This document shows positions 20,358-30,477 of a stretch of DNA of 64,000 nucleotides, piece after piece. The stretch is from an uncultured Candidatus Saccharibacteria bacterium (GTDB taxonomy: Bacteria; Patescibacteriota; Dojkabacteria; SC72). The notes under the pieces were generated by a model. That model did not search any database and had not been told where the DNA came from. It worked only from the letters and a program-made list of their open reading frames with translations. The DNA lies in contig CAZZPP010000005.1 in the NCBI GenBank assembly GCA_964655705.1, forward strand, positions 10,035 through 74,034. The letters run 5' to 3'. Both the position numbers and the translations under genes were made by a program. The first letter of the stretch is position 1, and each line of letters starts with the position of its first letter.

Positions 20358-21521
20358 TTACTGCTTAATTAAAGGTGACATATTTCTAAGATTCTGAATA
20401 ATTGGGGGTAATGTTTCTAATACATACTCTATCTCCTCTTGAGTATTCTCTTCACTTAAGGTTAATCTTAAAGAACCATGAGCAATCTCATGAGGTAGCC
20501 CTATTGCAAGTAAAACATGTGAAGGGTTTAGTGAGCCAGAGGTACATGCTGAACCACTTGAGGCACATATCCCCTTAATATCAAGCATTAGAAGAATCGA
20601 TTCTCCTTCAATATATTTAAAACACACATTAATATTTCCAGGTAATCTATCAATTGAATCTCCATTTAATATTGTATCAGGGATGGAATTCATAATGCCC
20701 TTAATTAATTTCTCTCTTAGATTAATTATGTACTGACTTTTCTTTTGAATATCCTTCGTTGCAATCTCAATTGCTTTACCTAGACCAACAATTGAAGCGA
20801 CATTTTCAGTTCCAGCTCTCATAGCATGTTCTTGACCTCCTCCATGGATCATATTTGAGATATTTACCCCTTTTCTAATATACAAAACACCTACCCCTTT
20901 AGGTCCATGGAATTTATGGGCAGAGAGTGACAACAAATTAATATTTAGTTCGTTAACATCTATTGGTATATTCCCAATAGCCTGAACAGCATCAGTATGA
21001 AAGTAGATATTCTTTTCTCTAGCAATCTCCCCTATTTCTTTAATTGGTTGAATACTTCCAATCTCGTTATTTGCATACATTATTGAGATTAGAGTTGTAT
21101 CCTTTCTAATTGCGTTTTTCAGGTCGTTAATATCAATTATTCCATTACTTTTTACTGGTAGATATGTAATTTCAAAACCATATTTTTTTAAATATTCACA
21201 GGTATGAAGTACTGCATGATGTTCAATATTTGTTGTAATTATATGTTTACCTTTCTTCTCATTAGCAAAGGCAATGCCTTTAATAGCCCAGTTATCAGAC
21301 TCACTTCCTCCACTTGTAAAATATATTTCATTAGTATCACACTGAAGAACTTTTGAAACTTGTTCTCTAGCATTCTCAATTGCTTTTCTACTTTCTCTTC
21401 CAAGTGAATATATACTTGATGGGTTCCCGTATTCTGTTTTAAGGTATGGCATCATACTATCCAGGACTTCTGGAGATATCTTCGTTGTAGAAGCATTGTC
21501 CATGTAAATGGGTTTATTCAT
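20358..21521 (-). CDS. iscS: Cysteine desulfurase IscS/NifS
   Basis: [29 protein letters not shown] and SSGSACTS motifs; start moved to MNKPIY at 21521. Confidence 0.95.
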   Translation of the reverse strand: MNKPIYMDNASTTKISPEVLDSMMPYLKTEYGNPSSIYSLGRESRKAIENAREQVSKVLQCDTNEIYFTSGGSESDNWAIKGIAFANEKKGKHIITTNIEHHAVLHTCEYLKKYGFEITYLPVKSNGIIDINDLKNAIRKDTTLISIMYANNEIGSIQPIKEIGEIAREKNIYFHTDAVQAIGNIPIDVNELNINLLSLSAHKFHGPKGVGVLYIRKGVNISNMIHGGGQEHAMRAGTENVASIVGLGKAIEIATKDIQKKSQYIINLREKLIKGIMNSIPDTILNGDSIDRLPGNINVCFKYIEGESILLMLDIKGICASSGSACTSGSLNPSHVLLAIGLPHEIAHGSLRLTLSEENTQEEIEYVLETLPPIIQNLRNMSPLIKQ

Positions 21522-21554
21522 TGTACTGATTTTATCATGAATACCCCCCATTAC

Positions 21555-22061
21555 CTATATCTTTCTACTATCATATGCCCAATGCAGAAGTGCTTGTCTC
21601 TGTCTTTTCCTACAATCTAAATCAAGAGGTATACAATTCTTTTTAACAGCAGATACATGTCTTTTAATTGCTTTCCACCTTCTAATCTGCCTTTCATCTT
21701 CAGGAGGTACTCTTCTTCCCATGAAGTATCTTGCGTACCATTGAAACCATCCCCTTGGATCATCTTCGTATATCCACCCTTTCTTTCTCCAGTATGAGAG
21801 AGGCATACTTGCATCTACTTGAAAGAAATTTAAGGAGACGTCTTTCTTTATTGGAGAGAGTTTTGCATTTGTATACCAATCAGACGGGAACTCATCCCTA
21901 CAATCTGTCATATATTTCCCCCCAAATACTCCTAATTCTAACATCTCTTTAGGAGTTAGCTCAGGTTGAAAATCGGGATCAAAGTTTTTCCCCATTGGTT
22001 CAACAAGATAGTAGGTATAGCCTTGTTGCATTAAGTCATTTACTACTACTTTTCTTCTCAT
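21555..22061 (-). CDS. Conserved-looking hypothetical protein, Trp/Arg rich
   Basis: LTPKEMLELGVFGGKY, DPRGWFQWYARY and RQALLHWAYD motifs; start abuts the upstream stop. Confidence 0.75.
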   Translation of the reverse strand: MRRKVVVNDLMQQGYTYYLVEPMGKNFDPDFQPELTPKEMLELGVFGGKYMTDCRDEFPSDWYTNAKLSPIKKDVSLNFFQVDASMPLSYWRKKGWIYEDDPRGWFQWYARYFMGRRVPPEDERQIRRWKAIKRHVSAVKKNCIPLDLDCRKRQRQALLHWAYDSRKI

Positions 22062-22244
22062 TTACTTTCTTTTTTGAAAAAGAAGAATGTAAATTAAAGG
22101 TAATATCCCAATTGTATTAAATACAAAAAGAGATACAAACCAGATTTTCTGTTTAGATCTACCTGCTTTCCATAGTGCAATTCCTTTCCAAATGGAATCC
22201 CAGATTAGTAGAATTATTAATGGGAATATATTCTCTACATTCAT
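22062..22244 (-). CDS. DUF5652-like small 2-TM protein
   Basis: IWKGIALWKA...WFV...NTIGILPLIY pattern. Confidence 0.7.
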   Translation of the reverse strand: MNVENIFPLIILLIWDSIWKGIALWKAGRSKQKIWFVSLFVFNTIGILPLIYILLFQKRK

Positions 22245-22262
22245 AGTTATGTGTTAAAAAAT

Positions 22263-23027
22263 TTAAGGTCTTAATGTTCCTCCAAATACCTGCCAAGCAA
22301 GTAGGGTTTTAGCAACTAAGGAAAGTATGATATATACCTTCTCTCCATACAAATAGTTCTTCCATGGTCCAATCTTTTTGTACTGTAAGAACATATTAAT
22401 TGCAAAACTATTAAAGAATATGAAGATACTTACATAGATCCAATATACAAAATCAGGAATATTACCCCCTCCAAACTCTGTAGCTCCATATACATATATA
22501 CCAAATACAACCCAAGGAACAATGCCTGCAATACAACCTAGAATGAATGTTAACCAATTTACTTTCTTTTCTCCCTCATTGTGTACCTCCATTGCTAGAC
22601 CAGTAAGATTCATTAAGGCATCTAAGAAAAAGATCATTACTAAACTAGAGAGATCATATATCCCAGTTAAAAAACTAATTGCAATCATCATTACACTTGC
22701 ACTTAGAGCATATTCATACCATCTGACTTTGTTGATACCTTTCTTTAGATTCTCTTCATATTTCTTTCTGTATATTGTAGAGATAAAGAGGTGTGCACAA
22801 GCACTCATGAAAAAGAAGATTGCTACAAACCATGCAATATTTACATCTCCAACTTGCTCTGTTGCAGGTAGGAGTTTCTGTAATTCAGTATTGTAACTAA
22901 GAAAATTTATTGTAATTGGAACTACCCCTTTGTCAGGGTCACTAAGTAAGAGAACAACTATTCCTTGTATTAGATGGAAAAACCCCATCACAAGATTAAA
23001 TATTCTAAGTTTTTTAAACTTGTCCAT
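22263..23027 (-). CDS. heR: Heliorhodopsin
   Basis: 7 TM; FHLIQG, AHLF, RWYEYALSASVM, NSFAINM and LSLVAK (Schiff-base Lys) motifs. Confidence 0.93.
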   Translation of the reverse strand: MDKFKKLRIFNLVMGFFHLIQGIVVLLLSDPDKGVVPITINFLSYNTELQKLLPATEQVGDVNIAWFVAIFFFMSACAHLFISTIYRKKYEENLKKGINKVRWYEYALSASVMMIAISFLTGIYDLSSLVMIFFLDALMNLTGLAMEVHNEGEKKVNWLTFILGCIAGIVPWVVFGIYVYGATEFGGGNIPDFVYWIYVSIFIFFNSFAINMFLQYKKIGPWKNYLYGEKVYIILSLVAKTLLAWQVFGGTLRP

Positions 23028-23087
23028 CCTAAGAGATTGGTAAAAAATTATATATTACAGGATATCATAATTTCTGGTTATGTAAAA

Positions 23088-23900
23088 CTATGGATTCTCA
23101 ATTCTCCCAATCATATTCTTTAATACACTTTGTGAATATTCTGATTTGTCAACCCTATCCATGAAAGAACTTTTAAGAAGTAAATTTCTAATTCCTAATC
23201 TTGATTTCTCTCCCCATTTTCTATCAATAACTCCTTCTGAGTAACCTTTGTTAAAATACTTATTCCTGTTTAAATTCAAAGTCGCTATTGATATCAGAAA
23301 TCTTTGATTAATGGTTCCATTCTCATTAAAGACTCTTGAGTACAATGGATCTAAATCTACTAAATATATATTTGAATCATCAAAGGAATATACAAATTGA
23401 ATTGGACGACATACATCAGCTAAAAAGTACGAATTTTTGTCTGCACTTAAATACTTTGTTACCATATATGCAGTCATGCTCTCAGCCCATTTATTCATAT
23501 TATTGTAATACAGATTCTTGTGCATATCCCAAAGCCCATTGCAGTTTTCCATGGGTAAGCATTTCCCATGGATATATTCTGAAGCTATGCAAAGTCCCTT
23601 ACCTCTTTGTCCTTCAGAGGTATGGAAATCTGAAACAAAGGATGAATATTTGGGTACTTGGATATCAAACAACTTGAGCTCACCAATTAGATTGTCAAAT
23701 TCTTTCTTGACTTCTACATATGTACCCTCTGGATATTGTAATCTCCTGTTGTCTTCTATACTGGGAGCTCTAAGAACCCAATACTGACCATCACCTGAGT
23801 ACATTTTTGCCAAACGGGTATCTGTAATACCTCCTTCTCTAAGGTATTCAGAATTATCATTGTAATTTATACTATCTATTAGATAGTGTGGTTCTTTCAT
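23088..23900 (-). CDS. Hypothetical protein, possible divergent kinase-like fold
   Basis: IQVPK, IASEYIHG, LADVCRP and IYLVDLD appear in kinase-like order; start probably MKEPH at 23900. Confidence 0.5.
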   Translation of the reverse strand: MKEPHYLIDSINYNDNSEYLREGGITDTRLAKMYSGDGQYWVLRAPSIEDNRRLQYPEGTYVEVKKEFDNLIGELKLFDIQVPKYSSFVSDFHTSEGQRGKGLCIASEYIHGKCLPMENCNGLWDMHKNLYYNNMNKWAESMTAYMVTKYLSADKNSYFLADVCRPIQFVYSFDDSNIYLVDLDPLYSRVFNENGTINQRFLISIATLNLNRNKYFNKGYSEGVIDRKWGEKSRLGIRNLLLKSSFMDRVDKSEYSQSVLKNMIGRIENP

Positions 23901-23993
23901 ATACATATATTTTACCATAATGCCCTATAGTAATCCATTGCATGAATAGAAAATATTCTGTATCCTAAAGTAGATCTACTTGATTATATACAT

Positions 23994-24458
23994 ATGTCTG
24001 AATACGAATTTGACCTAGAATTAAGAAATACTGATGATATTGTTGATACCCTGTATTTGAGATACCCCCATATGCATTTAGATTCCCCTTTAGATTTATC
24101 TGATTCTAATCAATATATTTATGGTATGAATTCCTACGAAATGAAATTCGCGTATTTCACCTATTCTATGGGATTAGTTGTATTTAGAGAACCTAGAATT
24201 GATAACTGTATTCATATCCCTGATTTTTATCTATTTAATCCCATTACTTTATCTGGTACCCTAGTTGAATTAACTCTTTACAACAGAGATTTTACAAATT
24301 GTAATACTGGAAATAGACATAGGAATGAGGTTAAGAAAAGTATTAAAAGAAAGCAAGGTCAGATATCTGAGTTACAAGGTTGTGGTATACCATATATTAT
24401 TCTCTATCGAGAGGAATTAGAACAAATCAGGAATAACTTTATTAATGATTTTTTCTAG
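23994..24458 (+). CDS. Hypothetical protein, possible PD-(D/E)xK nuclease-like
   Basis: REP...IPDFYL...LVELT; has its own TTGCAT-17-TATCCT promoter. Confidence 0.45.
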   Translation: MSEYEFDLELRNTDDIVDTLYLRYPHMHLDSPLDLSDSNQYIYGMNSYEMKFAYFTYSMGLVVFREPRIDNCIHIPDFYLFNPITLSGTLVELTLYNRDFTNCNTGNRHRNEVKKSIKRKQGQISELQGCGIPYIILYREELEQIRNNFINDFF

Positions 24459-24922
24459 ATATCAATTTCTTTTTTAATATCCCTATATGTAAAATAGGAG
24501 AATTGGTTACTACCATTACTCTCAACTGCTCCAGTATAGGTATCTTTTTGTGGAGAGATAAGGAGAATTCCTTTGTTTAGAAGCTCAATATTCCTTTCAC
24601 AAACGTAAATGGGTAAAGTGGAAGTACTCTCGTGTATCTCTACTAATAAAGGTGAAAGACAACCATTACATGAGAGAGTACATACAAAGTTATTACCATC
24701 CTGGGAGAGATAGAGATTTCTTTTGTTACAGTAGATATTTTCTATCCCTTGCTTTGATTTATGTTTAGAAATCATATCGATTATTTGACCATACTGTCTT
24801 CTCTTTTGTTTCTCGATTTTTAACTTACTTAAGGGTAAGAAACCAATATCTTCTGTGAAGTTTCTTAAGTTTTTAGTGTATGCTTTTTCTTGGGGCGTAA
24901 GAGCAAGTTCAGTAATATCCAT
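24455..24922 (-). CDS. Hypothetical protein
   Basis: 155-aa ORF with CTLSCNGC; no family recognised. Confidence 0.5.
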   Translation of the reverse strand: MDITELALTPQEKAYTKNLRNFTEDIGFLPLSKLKIEKQKRRQYGQIIDMISKHKSKQGIENIYCNKRNLYLSQDGNNFVCTLSCNGCLSPLLVEIHESTSTLPIYVCERNIELLNKGILLISPQKDTYTGAVESNGSNQFSYFTYRDIKKEIDI

Positions 24923-25068
24923 TTTAGAAAGTATAATGTTAAAGCAAGATTATACTACCTTAACCATATGAATCGCAAGATTAGGTATATATTCTGGGAA
25001 CTCTTTGAGATACGCGTTACATTATGGTAGGATATAGAGAGGATATTTAAATTATTATGTAATACTAT

Positions 25069-25452
25069 ATGGGATATACAGATAATATCGAGGAGAGAAC
25101 ATTAGAGAATAGCAATTTTAGGAAAGTTCTCTATACAGGTAAATTTATGCAGTTAGTTGTAATGACTCTAAAACCAGGAGAAGATATTGGTGAAGAGGTC
25201 CACGATACTGTTGATCAGTTTTTTAGAATTGAACAAGGGCAAGCAAAAGTCATTATGGATGGACAAGAGACAATTCTTACTGATGATATGGTTGCTATTG
25301 TACCAGCAGGGACTCTACACAATGTAATAAATATGTCAGAAGAGAAGGAATTAAAGCTTTATACTATCTATGCTCCACCAAATCATCCAGAGAATACTAT
25401 TCATGTTACAAAGGAAGAAGCAGAGGAGTATGAGAAAGAGCATCATCACTAG
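25069..25452 (+). CDS. Cupin domain protein (mannose-6-phosphate isomerase-like)
   Basis: GEDIGEEVH..VDQFFRIEQG, VPAGTLHNVIN and LKLYTIY.PP.H motifs. Confidence 0.88.
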   Translation: MGYTDNIEERTLENSNFRKVLYTGKFMQLVVMTLKPGEDIGEEVHDTVDQFFRIEQGQAKVIMDGQETILTDDMVAIVPAGTLHNVINMSEEKELKLYTIYAPPNHPENTIHVTKEEAEEYEKEHHH

Positions 25453-25476
25453 TACAAAGTGCTGTTAAGGAATTTT

Positions 25477-25502
25477 AAAGGGGAGGTGGTAACCTCCTCT
25501 TT
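25477..25502. terminator. Bidirectional intrinsic terminator between the cupin gene and dcd
   Basis: AAAGGGGAGGT-GGTA-ACCTCCTCTTT hairpin between convergent genes. Confidence 0.75.
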
Positions 25503-25503
25503 G

Positions 25504-26031
25504 TTATTCAAATTTAGGAGGAGAGACCTTACTCTGATTATTGTAGGCAGTATTCTTGTTTTGTTGTATGGGAGTTGAAAGTAGGCAGAAGAGGTATGTA
25601 CCTACTTTCTCACCTGGATGAAGAAGTATATTGAAAAACCCATTATTTTTAATCTCTAGAACAGAGCTTTCTAAGTTAAAAGGGAGTCCATCTAAAACCA
25701 TGGCAGAGATATGTATACTCATACCCATTCTTGCATAAGTACTCCTTCCATCTATGAAGGTAATTAGGTCTTTATCTGTTTTAAGAACCTCTTTAGTAGA
25801 ACCCAATACAAATTCGTTAGGTCTAAGTACATAGGGGCTTTGAAGTAAATTATACTTTATATATTCAATCTCTTTAGGGTTTTTACTATCTACTATCTGA
25901 TACGGTTTAGGAATGAGTAATTCATTACTAAGATGAAGGGAAATTCCAGTAGTTTCAATTTCATACTCTCCTTGTATATTAATTTTACCCTTTTGTATAT
26001 ATTCTTTTATTGTAATATCAGAGAGATACAT
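25504..26031 (-). CDS. dcd: dCTP deaminase
   Basis: MYLSD..I, LRPNEFVLGST.E, DGRSTYARMG and LEIKN motifs. Confidence 0.8.
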   Translation of the reverse strand: MYLSDITIKEYIQKGKINIQGEYEIETTGISLHLSNELLIPKPYQIVDSKNPKEIEYIKYNLLQSPYVLRPNEFVLGSTKEVLKTDKDLITFIDGRSTYARMGMSIHISAMVLDGLPFNLESSVLEIKNNGFFNILLHPGEKVGTYLFCLLSTPIQQNKNTAYNNQSKVSPPKFE

Positions 26032-26151
26032 TTAGAGGCAGTTAAATTTAATGCTATATTTCATATTACAATATTTCTAATCTTTGAGAAAGGGTTAAAA
26101 CAAATTGTATAATACTGGTATACTTATAATTATTTATTGTATAGATACTCT

Positions 26152-27126
26152 ATGATTAATCTGTTAAAAAAATATATCTCCCCTATTCTTACAATAGTAG
26201 TGTTAATCCTGTTTGGAGCATATCTTTACAATAATCCACAGATAATATCTCAGTTGGCTTTGGTAAATTGGATATACATAGTTATCATAATGTTTATATA
26301 TCTCTTTGTATTCTTTCTTGAGGGGATATTTGTATTAATATCACTAAAGATATTTAACAAAGAGATTCTAATTAAAGAAAGTTTCTTCCTCTCTATTGTA
26401 TCTCGTATAGGTAATTACCTATTACCTATGAGAGCAGGGGCAATCTTTAGAGCTACATATTTAAAAAAGAAATATAATTTTGAATATACAAAATTTCTAT
26501 CTACTCTATATGGCTATTACATAATATTCTTCCTCTTAAATTCATTTATTGGGGTATCAGTATTAATTATTAGATACCTTGATATTAAGGTATTGAGTAT
26601 TTCTCTTCTTCTCTTCTTCTCCTCCATTATTCTAGCGATGCTTTTTCTCATATTTGTACGTGTCTCATGGAGTAAATATATTAAATCAGATAGAGGTCTG
26701 ATTTCTAAAATTCTTTCGATGATAGATAAATTTGTAAAAGGGTGGACTTTAATAGTAAGAGATAAAATACATTTCGCAATGTTACTTCTAATTGCTCTGG
26801 GCAATATCCTCTTGAATATATTAATTGTATATATCGAGTTCATTTCTGTAGGTAAGGCAATCGATTTTGTTGGAGTAGTTATTTATACCTGTATTTCTGG
26901 GTTTTCACTACTAATTAGTATAACTCCAGGCTCTTTGGGTATTAGGGAAGCTGCCTTCTTAATTACATCTCAGTCAATAGGGATTACTGAAAACGAGGTT
27001 ATGCAGTTGGCATTTTTAGATAGAGGTATTATGTTTGTTCTTCTTTTCATGCTATTAATATCTATTTTAATACTTAACAAGAAATTAAATTTAAAAAAGA
27101 TATTCTTTGAAAAAGAAGATAGATAA
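26152..27126 (+). CDS. Lysylphosphatidylglycerol synthase TM region / flippase-like membrane protein
   Basis: NYLLPMRAG, ITPGSLGIRE and LDR motifs; multi-TM. Confidence 0.8.
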   Translation: MINLLKKYISPILTIVVLILFGAYLYNNPQIISQLALVNWIYIVIIMFIYLFVFFLEGIFVLISLKIFNKEILIKESFFLSIVSRIGNYLLPMRAGAIFRATYLKKKYNFEYTKFLSTLYGYYIIFFLLNSFIGVSVLIIRYLDIKVLSISLLLFFSSIILAMLFLIFVRVSWSKYIKSDRGLISKILSMIDKFVKGWTLIVRDKIHFAMLLLIALGNILLNILIVYIEFISVGKAIDFVGVVIYTCISGFSLLISITPGSLGIREAAFLITSQSIGITENEVMQLAFLDRGIMFVLLFMLLISILILNKKLNLKKIFFEKEDR

Positions 27127-28453
27127 AGAAAGATTCTTGCTATTAATCATTCTATTAGTATTTACAATATTCATATTATTCTTAGCATTTAAGTTAAGGA
27201 TGGGACTTTCTCCAGACTCTTTCTATCACCTTGAAGTATCTAAAGCCTACTCTACTACTCTTACAAGACCTCAAAATACTCCAGATACATATCAATGGAG
27301 AGACATTACTAGGATTGCATATCTCTATTTTTGGTTAAATGGTAGGATTCTAAATATTAACAATGGACTTATTAACGAGGTTTTACTTCTCAGAATATTT
27401 AATGTTTTGTATTCATTAGGCACTGTATATGTTACTTACCTTTTTTCAAAAGAGATATTTAAGAATAGATGGAAGAGGTTACTACCTGTATTCTTTCTTA
27501 CAAACACTTTGATGTTTGTATTTCTTTCCTCTTCAATCAATTATGATAACCTTGCTAACCTGCTTTCAGTTTTAAGTATCTTTTACTTTGTTAAATTTGT
27601 TAAAAGTAAAATAGATATTAAATATCTACTTTTGATGACTCTTTCCCTGTGTATTGGAACATTAACTAAATATACTCTTCTTCCATTAGCCTTAATATTA
27701 GTATTAGTTTCAATAGTAGATATCTTTCAAAAAAGAGAATTTCTAAAGGATATCAAGTATGGGAAGAAAATTTTTATTTTAATTCCAATTCTCTTCTTTG
27801 CAATCCTTAATCTTGAACTATATGGTACAAATATACTTAGGTATGGAGGTTTAGAACCTGATTGTAATCAGATATTAACTCATGAGCAGTGTTTGCAAAA
27901 TGGTGTATATTACAGGGATAATGTAACAAGACAGCCTATCGAGATAAATGGAATTAAGGATATTGCAAATTTAATACTTTCTGGAGAGAGAGTTGATCCG
28001 TTTAGGTATTTTCTTAAGTGGCTACCTAATCTTACTATGAAGATATATGGGATTATGGCAGATAACAGTATGTATATGCCAGAGTACTTTTGGTATATGT
28101 TCATATTTGTCTTTCTGATTGCCTTCATTTTAGGTATTCTTAATTTCAAAAAATGGAATATGGTTGAGAGATACTTAATTGTAGTTTTCCTTTTTTACAT
28201 AGGTGTTCTCTTCTTTATGCAAAATTACAGTATGTACCTTCGATTTAATCATTACTATCTTGCACTTCAAGGTAGATATATCTTTCCAGTGATATCAATT
28301 ATGTATATTCTTTTTTCTAAATCCTTTCTTTTCCTAAAAAAGAGAGGGCTTAGATATACAATTCTAATTGGTATTGGTATTCTCTTCCTCTATTCCTGTA
28401 TTCCTTTCTTTTTAGAGAATATTCCCTCTACATGGATAGAATCTGGTTTTTAA
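27107..28453 (+). CDS. GT-C (ArnT/PMT-like) membrane glycosyltransferase
   Basis: SPDSFYH, SINYDNL, LTKYT and QGRYIFP motifs; multi-TM. Confidence 0.7.
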   Translation: MKKKIDKERFLLLIILLVFTIFILFLAFKLRMGLSPDSFYHLEVSKAYSTTLTRPQNTPDTYQWRDITRIAYLYFWLNGRILNINNGLINEVLLLRIFNVLYSLGTVYVTYLFSKEIFKNRWKRLLPVFFLTNTLMFVFLSSSINYDNLANLLSVLSIFYFVKFVKSKIDIKYLLLMTLSLCIGTLTKYTLLPLALILVLVSIVDIFQKREFLKDIKYGKKIFILIPILFFAILNLELYGTNILRYGGLEPDCNQILTHEQCLQNGVYYRDNVTRQPIEINGIKDIANLILSGERVDPFRYFLKWLPNLTMKIYGIMADNSMYMPEYFWYMFIFVFLIAFILGILNFKKWNMVERYLIVVFLFYIGVLFFMQNYSMYLRFNHYYLALQGRYIFPVISIMYILFSKSFLFLKKRGLRYTILIGIGILFLYSCIPFFLENIPSTWIESGF

Positions 28454-28532
28454 CGAGGATATAGACAACTGATCAGAGATATCTTAATATAAAAGTTGTG
28501 TTAAAAAGTATTTAAAATTATTCAATCCTTCT

Positions 28533-29708
28533 ATGAGATATATTGGTACTTGTGTAAGGGGTATTAGGACTCCTGTTATTAAGCAGGGTGATGATTTAGA
28601 GGATGTTGTGGTAAGTTCTCTTCTTCGTGCTTCCAAGGGTCATAACTTTGAGTTTAATGACAAGGATGTTGTTGCAATTACTGAGGCAGTTGTTGCCATA
28701 ACTCAAGGCAACTATGTTTCTTTAAGCCAGTTGTCTAATGAAATTAAAAAGAAATTTCCTAATGACATTGGTGTGGTATTCCCAATATTAAGTAGAAACA
28801 GATTCTCTCTAATACTTTCTGCAGTAGCTAAGGCCTGTAAAGAAGTACATGTTCTTCTAAGCTATCCTTCGGATGAAGTAGGGAATCATCTAATGAATGT
28901 TGATAAGATGTATGAGGTGGGATTGAACCCCTACTCCGATTCTTTTGAAGAGATTAAATACAGAGAGTTTTTTGAGGAGAAGGATATTTTGCACGAGTTT
29001 ACTGGTATCGACTATGCTAAATACTATAAAAGTTTGGGTAATGGAAATATTCATATCCATTTCTCAAATGATCCGAAATATATTCTCAAATTTACAAAGG
29101 AGATCCTAGCAGTAGATATTCATTCAAGATTTAGAACAGCAAAGATTCTAAAGGAGGCTGGAGCACATTCCGTCTTTACACTCTCTGATTTATGTTCAAA
29201 GCCATCCAAGCTTCACGGATATAATCCAGATTATGGAGTTTTAGGTTCAAACAAGGTAGGAGAAGAGAAATTGAAACTTTTTCCAAGAGAGTGTGAAGAG
29301 ATAGTAAATAGAATTCAAAAAAGATTAAAAAAGGAGACTGGGAAAGATATCGAGGTTATGGTTTATGGAGATGGAGCATTTAAAGATCCTGTGGGTAAGA
29401 TTTGGGAGTTAGCAGATCCTGTGGTTTCTCCGGGTTTTACAAAAGGACTAATTGGTAGACCATGTGAAATTAAACTTAAATATATTTCTGAGAATTGGAA
29501 CAAGAAAGGTAGTATTGATGATTATGTAAAGGAAGCTATTAAACAGAAGAAAGGCCCTGATTATCAGGTAGAGAAATCTTTAGGTACAACTCCTAGACAA
29601 TTAACTGATTTACTCGGTAGTCTTGCCGATTTAACTAGTGGAAGTGGTGATAAGGGTACTCCTGTGATCTTGATTCAGGGATATTTCGACGATTATACAA
29701 AAAATTAG
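28533..29708 (+). CDS. Coenzyme F420-0:L-glutamate ligase (CofE-like) family protein
   Basis: GIRTPVIKQGDDL, TEAVVA and TTPRQLTDLLGSLADLTSGSGDKGTPVILIQGY motifs. Confidence 0.8.
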   Translation: MRYIGTCVRGIRTPVIKQGDDLEDVVVSSLLRASKGHNFEFNDKDVVAITEAVVAITQGNYVSLSQLSNEIKKKFPNDIGVVFPILSRNRFSLILSAVAKACKEVHVLLSYPSDEVGNHLMNVDKMYEVGLNPYSDSFEEIKYREFFEEKDILHEFTGIDYAKYYKSLGNGNIHIHFSNDPKYILKFTKEILAVDIHSRFRTAKILKEAGAHSVFTLSDLCSKPSKLHGYNPDYGVLGSNKVGEEKLKLFPRECEEIVNRIQKRLKKETGKDIEVMVYGDGAFKDPVGKIWELADPVVSPGFTKGLIGRPCEIKLKYISENWNKKGSIDDYVKEAIKQKKGPDYQVEKSLGTTPRQLTDLLGSLADLTSGSGDKGTPVILIQGYFDDYTKN

Positions 29709-29733
29709 ATTATATGTTGTATACTAAATATAT

Positions 29734-30477
29734 ATGAGAAAGAAACTTGCCATTATATCTGTAATTCTTCTAATTGTTTTTGCCTTCTTGCTGTATTTCT
29801 TCCTGACTAAGGGAGATGGTATCTTTCCTAGAATGAGTAAATCAAACGATCCAGAGATTGAGGAGATTGTTAATATCTCTCAACCTGAGATGTCTTCTTT
29901 TATTTTTGTTACACAAGAGAGTGAAACTAAGCATATATTAAATATTAATATAACCCCATTTCTCTTCTTCATAATTGAGCAGAAAGAGGTAAAGAGTTTC
30001 AACATTGAGAATTTTGAGGGTATAAATCCAGATAGTGAGGTGATATTCATTCCTCCTACAGATTTACCATTAGAGACGTTAAGTAGGACTTTCCTGTTTA
30101 CTGTACAAGACAGTATTACTCAAAAGGATATTGTATTTACTCAAAACAATTTTGATTACGAGGTAGTATCTCAGCCTTCAAAGTTTAATGAGGTAAGTAA
30201 TATGGGAATACTAACTCCCTACTTTGGAATCATCATTAAAGATATTGGGAGTGTTAACTACAAAGAGGTATTAGATAGGGAGGGGTCCTTTGATGGAGGT
30301 AAGTATTTTGATTACAGCGGTATTTCCTTGGATACTATTGATACTGAAATACAGTTTGATGTAAGCATCCAATTTACTGATGGTAAGGAATACAACAAGA
30401 GATTTAAAGGGGTACTTTTGGGAGAGAAATTCGCAACAGAAACATCCCCAATGATTACTCTAGAGAGTGAAGAATAG
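29734..30477 (+). CDS. Membrane-anchored hypothetical protein
   Basis: N-terminal TM followed by an acidic extracellular domain. Confidence 0.6.
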   Translation: MRKKLAIISVILLIVFAFLLYFFLTKGDGIFPRMSKSNDPEIEEIVNISQPEMSSFIFVTQESETKHILNINITPFLFFIIEQKEVKSFNIENFEGINPDSEVIFIPPTDLPLETLSRTFLFTVQDSITQKDIVFTQNNFDYEVVSQPSKFNEVSNMGILTPYFGIIIKDIGSVNYKEVLDREGSFDGGKYFDYSGISLDTIDTEIQFDVSIQFTDGKEYNKRFKGVLLGEKFATETSPMITLESEE

